Assembly: GCA_964016885.1 (NCBI GenBank)
Contig: OZ024755.1
Location: 32,550,001 to 32,614,000 of the forward strand
Length of the DNA: 64,000 bases
From: Eledone cirrhosa
Lineage: Eukaryota
Direction: 5' to 3'
Shown: piece after piece, positions 55,555-64,000 of the stretch
Numbering within the stretch: position 1 is the first letter of the stretch
Layout of the letters: every line of letters begins with the position of its first letter
Notes under the pieces: model-generated
Database searches by the model: none
Told to the model about the DNA's origin: nothing
The model's input: only the letters and a program-made list of their open reading frames with translations
Translations under genes and position numbers: made by a program

Positions 55555-55707
55555 ACTGGGGCTTTAACCCAGCAATGGACAAGTGACCTGTCCAGTTTCA
55601 GGAGCTCTGAAGAAATTTCAGTTCATATGTATTTCTCTTCTTCACAACAGACTAAGAGTCATTGAGAAAATGACCATGAATGCTGTCCTTTCTTTTCTGA
55701 TTATGCC

Positions 55708-55965
55708 TTAACCCTTTAGCAGTTAAACCAGCCATATCTGGCTAGAATCCTCTCATCTTTAAACAGAAAGTTTGTTTAAATCAGCCATAATTGGCCACTC
55801 ATACTGATGTTAAGTTATGGTTCTCAAAATAAATAATATGAAAATCTCATAGATTCGATATTATGTGAGAAAATTCATCATCATCATCGTTTAACGTTCA
55901 TCTTCCACGCTAGGTAAAGCCTTTACCATAAAAACATAATAGTAAATATAGATCCTAAAGGGTTA
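55708..55965 (+). mobile_element. piggyBac-like MITE
   Basis: TTAA-ccctttagc...ctaaaggg-TTAA. Confidence 0.75.
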
Positions 55966-57375
55966 AAAATCAATTAGTTTGAAGTGACTTCGTTAGCAAT
56001 TCTTTTTTTTTTTTTTAGTTATGGTTGCTGATTCAAATAATGTATAATTAGCAAAAATTGAAAGACTAAAAGCTCAAAGTATTTGAAAATATTGGGGAAT
56101 ATACAAAGTCAGAAAATAACAAAGATAGAACTAAGCAAGTAAGAGTTATATAGTAAAATACATTAACATATTAACAAATATGTTAATAGACCAAAAACCT
56201 ATATTATAGAGAAAAGAAAGAATGTATGTGATGGTAACTACAAAGCTAGTTGGTTATGAAAAATATATTTATAGGAAATAATATTTTTCATTGATAGTTT
56301 ATGTCAAACTAGAGATATTATAACTGAAACATATATTCATATTAAAATATAAAAGGAAACCCAGTGATTCATAACTTGAGGGTTTATAAGAAGACAACTT
56401 TAAACATATATTGGTTTTGAATATCTATCCAGCAGTTTTATATAAGTATGATGGAGTGTTTAGAGATTATCTATTACAACATATGAACACTGACTATATA
56501 TTTATTCATTTGAATCAATCTCTAGTGAATTAGGTACAGAAATTATAAATGAATGCTATCGAACAAGTAAAATTTCAGCAAGCCAAGATAGTGAACCGTT
56601 TTCAATTCTTGGTTAAAACCATTTCATTTTATGTATATTGCTAATTTCCCCAGAAAAAAATGACCTAAACATCATAAAATTTCCTTCCTTCTCTTTAAAA
56701 TATAAGACCTAGTATTTTTGTAAAACAAAATGTGACAGTGGAATTAAAGTAGTTTTGTGAAATTGGAAATGTTTTTAGGCAAAACTTTCCAAAGACAATA
56801 TGAATATAAAACTAACTATTGATAAGGAAAGGAAAATGTATTGGCAGCATTACAAGATAGGAGAAAACAAGAAAACAAACAAGAAAGTTGCAAATTGTTG
56901 GAAAAATGTCTTGAACACAGATATCTGTTCATTATTTGTAGCTAGCAGTGTTGGAATTTTAGAATGGAACTACTGTATTCAATACAAAAGAAAAATGTAG
57001 ACATTATGTCAAGAGACATCATAAACAACAATGAAAACATTAAATATATTTTTAATGCTAGAATAATTCAAATTGAAAATAATAAAAGTGGAGAAAGAAT
57101 GCAAAATATTTGCAAGCATTTTGTTTTCATAATAAACATACATCTAATTCATATCAAAAGTAAATAAATAAATAGATGAATGGAGAAATAAATAAATCTA
57201 TGACTAATTGATATTCTAAGTCTTTATCCAGTGATTAATTAAGCTTGAATTTTCAAATTGATAAAATATACATTTTCTTCATTGCTGTCTAAAGAAGTAT
57301 GCAATTTATAACAACTTTACACACAACATGAGATATTTATCAAAGCAGATTAGTAATGAGATAGCTTACTGCTTT

Positions 57376-58153
57376 AATCCTTTAGCTTTTAAACTGGACA
57401 AACCAGCCATATCTGGCCAGAATTCTCTCACCTCTTTCTCTTCAAACCAGCCATATCTGACCAGAATTCTCTCACCTCTTTCTCTTCAAACCAGCCATAT
57501 CTGACCAGAATCCTCTCACCTCTTTCTCTTCAAACCAGCCATATCTGACCAGAATTCTCTCACCTCTTTCTCTTCAAACCAGCCATATCTGACCAGAATC
57601 CTCTCACCTCTTTCTCTTCAAACCAGCCATATATGACAAGAATTCTCTCACATCTTTCTGTTCAAACCAGCCATATCTGACCAGAATCCTCTCACCTCTT
57701 TCTCTTCAAACCAGCCATATCTGACCAGAATCCTCTCACCTCTTTCTCTTCAAACCAGCCATATCTGACCAGAATTCTCTCACCTCTTTCTCTTCAAACC
57801 AGCCATATCTGACCAGAATTCTCTCACCACTTTCTCTTCAAACTGGCTATATCTGTCCGCTTATACTGATGTTATGGTATTTTTCGCAAAATATATAATA
57901 TCAAAATTTCATAGATTCGATATTATGTGAGATAATTATGTGAGGTAAATCCTTTACCATGAAAATATAATAGTAAATATCATAGTATCTATCTATCTAA
58001 GGCGGGTAAAATTCCCAACATCCATGGACGAGTTCTCTCCAGCGGTCTCTGTCCCTCATTATCGCTGCCATGTCCTGCGTCTCCAACAGACCAGTGTCTG
58101 TCCTTAGGGCATCAACATACGTATGTATAGAGTAGTGTAAATGTTAAAGGTTT
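57376..58153 (+). mobile_element. piggyBac-like MITE with an internal 44-bp unit repeated ~10 times (57400-57845) and a nested RTE 3' end (57986-58123, minus)
   Basis: Unit aaaccagccatatctgaccagaattctctcacctctttctcttc; nested piece translates TYVDALRTDTGLLETQDMAAIMRDRDRWRELV with a (TAGA)n tail. Confidence 0.8.
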
Positions 58154-58936
58154 AATGAAAGGGAAAGTGAGTAAAAGCAGGCTGGAGAAACATAATTACA
58201 TGCACACAAACATTTTTTTAATATACTTAAGACACTATTTTTTACAAAAATGATTAAAAAGATGTATTATCCATGTGTTGGTGAAAAAGTAAGATATAAC
58301 ACACTAGCCTTATCAGTGACTGCATCATTGTAGCTATATAGACATCTAGAACAGACAACAGTGCTAGATGACTAAGTAGGTGGGTTAAAAATATAGAAGA
58401 ATCTACAGAAAGCTTGTTCATTATACTAACGAAGACTGTTTGCTGTGAGAGACTTTGAAGAAGATTGCAATATCTAGTTCAAACAGAAATGCAATGCACA
58501 TATATATATATATATACATACATACATACATACATTCATGTATGTATACAGAACATATATATATGCATACATACATTCATGTATGTATATATACAGAACA
58601 TATATATATACATACATACATTCATGTATGTATATATACAGAGAGACATACATTCATATGTGTGTATAAATATATATATACATAGATTCGTGTGTCTGTG
58701 TGTGTGTGTAGAGATATATATATATATATATAATATATATATAGAGAGAGCGAGAGAGAGAGAGAGACATACATTCATGTATACATATCTATAGATATTC
58801 ATTCATGTATATATATATATATATCAACATAAATTTGTGTGTATATATATATATATATAGACATTCATTCATGTATATATATAAATATATATATATACAT
58901 ATATACATATATATATACATATATATATATATATAC

Positions 58937-59003
<67 letters not shown>

Positions 59004-59459
59004 TTCATGTATATATCCATACATCTTGCATTGGTTTCCACAACTAATAAATACTGCAGTTGTTTGATCAACAGAATAAGCCATTCATTAGAAAATGAAA
59101 AGAGCTGATCATCAGAATGAACCATAGAAATTATATTATCATAGGTTTTTTTCCATGGGTAACACTATCTGCTGGTTGCAAACCCTGGTAAAAGTCTCAC
59201 TACTTTTCCAGTGACATGAGGCATGATTTAATCTCAGAATGCATAGAGTTGCAACAAAGCGTTCCATCTGACTGTTAAACAATTCTGTCAACTTAACTCC
59301 CTGCTGCATTGATACCTTATTTATATGTATGAATACTCTGTAACTTCTGTTAGAGTAGTAGAGGTGCTGTACTGACATATGGCGTTTCTAGGGCATCTTT
59401 AGGTCTTTGGTTTGTGTTAGATCTGATGACCAAAGCTATCCTAGAATATAAGTGTGTGT

Positions 59460-59491
<32 letters not shown>

Positions 59492-59582
59492 GAGTTAGAG
59501 AGAGAGAGAGAAGAAGATGATATGAGAGAAAATGTTTAACAAACCATATTGTTCAGATAGCCCGAAGGAAATGGAAACCAAC

Positions 59583-59634
59583 ACTTACCTGGAAAATAAA
59601 GAAAAAAAGAAAGATTAAAATACAATCATTAGTA
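59583..59634 (-). promoter_or_regulatory. Candidate recursive splice site (ratchet point)
   Basis: Minus strand TACTAAT-gattgtattttaatctttctttttttctttattttc-CAG|GTAAGT; junction between 59589 and 59588. Confidence 0.6.
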
Positions 59635-59841
59635 AATGAATATTTAAATAACTTTCTTCACATCAATAAAAGATACAAAACAGATAATACAAGAATTTGT
59701 GATGATGTTTTAGCTGCGGCATACTGTTCCAAAGATATATTGGTTATAAAACAACATTACTCCCTTGCTCACTAGTGATTTCTAATTTAGGCACAAGGCT
59801 AGCATATTTGTGCAAAGGTCAAAGTTGATTAAATCAAATAC

Positions 59842-60172
59842 CACCTACACTACTACTACTACTACTACTACTACCTTGATGTCACCTACACTACTACTAC
59901 TACCACTACTACCTAGATGTCACCTATACTACTACTACTACCTTGATGTCACCTACACTACTACTAGTACCACTACTACCTTGATGTCACCTACACTACT
60001 ACTAGTACCACTACTACCTTGATGTCACCTACACTACCACTAGTACCACTACTACCTTGATGTCACCTACACTACTACTACTACTACCTAGATGTCACCT
60101 ACACTACCACTACTACCTTGATGTCACCTACACTACTACTAGTACCACTACTACCTTGATGTCACCTACACT
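59842..60172. repeat. Variable-length (CTA)-containing minisatellite
   Basis: ccttgatgtcacctacactactactagtaccactacta, about 8-9 copies. Confidence 0.9.
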
Positions 60173-60407
60173 CGCCTACTTCGACACATTCAGAACATAA
60201 GCTGGCGACATCTGCCTTTGAGAGATATATATATGAAAATTAAAGTCTTTAGTTTACTGCAAATTTTCACAACAATCTGTCCACTAGTAAAGATACTATA
60301 ACCATTTCAATTAACAAGCCTACTTCTAGACATTTTCTGCAAAATTATTAGAGTACTAGCTGGCCCCGTACCATCAGAAATGATGGCTAATTGTAATATG
60401 GATATAT

Positions 60408-60525
60408 AAAATAAAATGTCTTGCTCAAGGACATAACGCATCGCCCAGTCTGAGAATTGTGAGGTTGTGAGTTCGATTCTCAGACTGGGCGATGCGTTAT
60501 GTCCTTGAGCAAGACATTTTATTTT
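60408..60525. repeat. Fold-back palindrome of a CORE-SINE fragment, ~52-bp arms
   Basis: aaaataaaatgtcttgctcaagg...gagaattg / cgattctc...ccttgagcaagacattttatttt. Confidence 0.9.
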
Positions 60526-61228
60526 CACGTTGCTCCTTCTACCTGGAGTTGCAACCGATAGATAGTATTAGCAATTGGAAAGACCAATGGAAACATTGTT
60601 TCCTCGGTCCGATTTGACGAAAAGTCGATCATAAAAAAATAAAAAAAATATATAATAAAAAAAGTGATGTTTGTTGGTTGGTTGGTTCCTTCGCGTTGGC
60701 TCCTTCTACTTTTGGCACAAGAATCAGCAATTATCCCAGAGTATTACTGGTACTTTATTTTATCAACCATGTAAGGATGAAAGGCAAAGTTAACCACGGC
60801 GGGATTTGAACTCAGAACGTGAAGGGACGTAACTATATGCCACAAATCCTGTTGTCTGATGTTCTACCAATTCTGCCAAACCACCAACATTGCTCAATAG
60901 TGCTACTAAATATTTATCAATGTGCAGGAAGGAGAGGAACCTTCATCTTATTCTGTTAATAGAAATAGCAGTATGTAAACATCAGAAGCAATCAAGCTGT
61001 TCTTTGCTGTATTATATATTCAAGCTATTGATTTCTAGCTTACAGAAATTAGCAAAAAATTTGCTAACCTGAAATAACAGTATATAAATCTTCCAATGTA
61101 ATGTTATTTCTGAACATCAGATTCTTCAATGAAACAGTCAATAACAATGTTTCAGTATCATTTAGAATGATATGTAAATATAGTGAATTAACATGTTAGT
61201 ATGCAGAGAATACATAGCATTGTATATA

Positions 61229-61795
61229 TCATCATCATCATCAATGTTTAACGTCCGTGTTCCACGCTTGCATGGGTTTGGACGGGGGTAGTCCCACTTG
61301 AGGCAAGAGTGATTGTCTTGCTCGCATAGGACTGTCTGGCGGGTTTTCTACAGCTGGATGCCCTTCCTAACACCAACCACATTTACAGTGTGGGTCTGGG
61401 AGGTTTTTACCGTGTTGCCTACACGGCCACATTACAGAGTGGACTGTCTGGCGGGTTTTCTACAGCTGGATGCCCTTCCTAACACCAACCACATTTACAG
61501 TGTGGGGCGGGGAGGTTTTTACTGTGTTGCCTACACGGCCACATTACAGCGTGGACTGTGTGTTTTTTTGACGTGACACCTACACGATCTCATTTGTTTC
61601 GGCCTGGATGTTGTGGCACCAACATAACTTTACATTGAAAGGGGCGGTGTGGATGGGGTGGTGGGACGGGGGTGTATTTTGTTAGAGATGCCTACTGACT
61701 GTAGTAGGTTTTACTTTGTATTTAGGTAAGGCGGGTCTTCTCTATTACTGAGTACCGCCAAAGGTTTCGGTCCAGTGACATTGTCTTGGTGAGGT
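61229..61795 (-). mobile_element. RTE subfamily 2 3' end
   Basis: Minus strand LTKTMSLDRNLWRYSVIEKTRLT* followed by 3' UTR and (GAT)n. Confidence 0.85.
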
Positions 61796-62036
61796 GTATG
61801 TATATATATATATATATATATATATAGTATTAAGGATACTATTTATAGTTATGTATATACTAAAACCTTTTATAGTTATATATATATTATACCCTAAATA
61901 GTGAAAGACAGTAATTTATTACTATCTTATTACCAGTAAGATAAATAGCTCAATGTAATAACATCAGTTGTTTTACAGAGCAGTTATATAAAGATTACAT
62001 GAAGGAGGTCAAGTATGTTAAAAATCACTGAATAAT

Positions 62037-62083
62037 TGCTCCGAAGACTCCAAACCTCGGTTTGGAAGAAACAATTGTAAGCA
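62037..62083 (+). ncRNA. Minimal hammerhead motif with U4>C core change
   Basis: tgct-CCGAAGA-ctccaaac ctcg gtttggaa-GAAAC-aatt-GUA-agca. Confidence 0.6.
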
Positions 62084-62117
62084 GATAAATGATTTAAACA
62101 GGACTTTGTTTCATGTA

Positions 62118-62160
<43 letters not shown>

Positions 62161-62451
62161 AAAGACGTAAAATAAGAAAATTAAAAAAAATTTTTAAAAA
62201 ATTAACTTTCTTAAAACCTGTGTATTTGCTAGCATTAGCGTACATCTGTACACATATGTTAGTAGATATACTAAATTCTCTCTCTCTATATATATATATA
62301 TATACATATGTAGTGTATATATTGTGTGTGTGTGTGTGTGTATATATGCTGGCAACATTAAATTATTCCTAACAAGCTCATATACCATCCCAAGGCTCTG
62401 ATACCATCAACACTATAGACACAGAGCTGGCATATCTAAGAACTGACTAAC

Positions 62452-62503
62452 TGCCTGATGAGGTCATAGCCATTCAATGGCTATCATCGAAATATATATA
62501 GCA
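62452..62503 (+). ncRNA. Minimal hammerhead ribozyme motif with intact core
   Basis: tgc-CUGAUGA-ggtcatagcca ttcaa tggctatcatc-GAAAU-atat-AUA-gca, followed by aataaa. Confidence 0.7.
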
Positions 62504-62567
62504 ATAAATAAAGGATTATGAGTTAATGCAATTGACTTATGTTTCGTCACTATATATATATATATAT

Positions 62568-62952
62568 AGTAAAACCTACTACAGTCAGTAGGCATCTCTA
62601 ACAAAATACACTCCCGTCGCACCACCCCCACCCCATCCACACCTCCCCCTTCTATGTAAAGTTATGTTGGTGCCACACCATCCAGGCCGAAACAAATGAG
62701 ATCGTGTAGGTGTCACAACAAAAAAACACACAGTCCACGCTGTAATGTGGCCGTGTAGGCAACACGGTAAAAACCTCCCAGACCCACACTGTAAATGTGG
62801 TTGGTGTTAGGAAGGGCATCCAACTGTAGAAAACCTGCCAGACAGTCCTATGCGAGCAAGACAATCACTCTTGCCTCAAGTGGGACTACCCCCGTCCAAA
62901 CCCATGCAAGCGTGGAACACGGACGTTAAACGTTGATGATGATGATGATGAT
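62568..62952 (+). mobile_element. RTE subfamily 2 3' UTR, inverted relative to 61229-61715
   Basis: Sequence match; (GAT)n tail. Confidence 0.85.
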
Positions 62953-63377
62953 GGTTTGCCTGTCTCGATTTAAAGTAATAAATCAATAAAAATAAACTTA
63001 TATCGGGCAACTGCCTTTGATACCCGGACAATTGTCCAAGACTGTTTTGAGTTTCTAACTCAATCTATGAAATATATATATATATATGTATAGAGATATT
63101 GGATATATATATATATATATATATATGAAAAATATGGGGAGAAGAATACTGCATGGTTGCACATGGAATACATGTTATAAAATGAGTCCCTCATCAGTGA
63201 TTTGCCAACGATCATTGGTATTTCATCGCATTATATATATATACATATATATCGATATATTGCATATAGATATAGATATATATAGATATAGGTAAATAGA
63301 TATATGTATATAAATATATATACATAGATACATTGTATATAGATATATGTCTATAGATATTATTTATTTAATATCTG

Positions 63378-63455
<78 letters not shown>

Positions 63456-63669
63456 AATAGAGAGAGAGAGATATTATATATAGATATTATTTAGGTAATA
63501 TCTGATATATATATATATATTATATAAAGAGAGAGAGAGAGATATTATATATAGATATTATTTCTTTCATCCTTACAGGGTCGATAAAATAAAGTACCAG
63601 TAATACACTGGGTAATTGCTGGCCTTGTGCCTAAAGTAGAAACAATTATTTAGGTAATATCTGATACAC

Positions 63670-63700
<31 letters not shown>

Positions 63701-64000
63701 TTGTATATAGATATTATTTAGCTAATATCTGACATATATATAGTAAGTTTTTGACATTTTCTAAGGTCATGAATAATTAAAATAAACTATAACATTCATT
63801 ATAAGATACCTTATTGCTCCCTCACCTTTTAAAATCAACCACTCCTTCTGTCTGAGTTTATTTAGGATTAAAGAAAGACTTGTGTAATGTTTGCAGATAT
63901 AGAATTGATAGAAGGGGGATTAAATGAAGCAACAACAGTACACAACGTAGCGTTCTTCTGATAAGAATGTTCCACTTGAAGAAATATGAAAGAAATGGAA

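Noticed and set aside
61708-61732. + strand TAG|GTAAGG ratchet-like motif
   Set aside because: Lies within an RTE copy (antisense of its stop region); weak pyrimidine tract
63821-64000. Possible minus-strand exon ending AAG|GTGAGG
   Set aside because: Stops in all three frames upstream; no recognisable protein

Overview
AT-rich, repeat-dominated eukaryotic DNA with no convincing intact host protein-coding exon. The repeat repertoire (tRNA-derived CORE-type SINEs with RTE tails, RTE LINEs with (GAT)n tails, very long (AT)n/(ATAC)n tracts) suggests a coleoid cephalopod such as Octopus; this is an inference. The window is probably part of a giant intron or intergenic DNA. Main points: (1) A ~10.6 kb satellite of ~107 x 99-bp units has amplified from inside a dead RTE ORF2. 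It has higher-order structure and a stop-free 3586-codon antisense frame. A second, independent 98-bp array was amplified from the homologous segment of a different RTE family. (2) At least six different minimal type-I hammerhead-ribozyme motifs sit in short elements embedded in (AT)n tracts, one directly downstream of a Penelope-like GIY-YIG endonuclease remnant. (3) About ten local fold-back palindromes, most with one arm abutting an (AT)n tract. (4) A textbook recursive-splice (ratchet) motif on the minus strand: branch point, polypyrimidine tract, CAG|GTAAGT. All coordinates were read by eye and may be off by a few bases.
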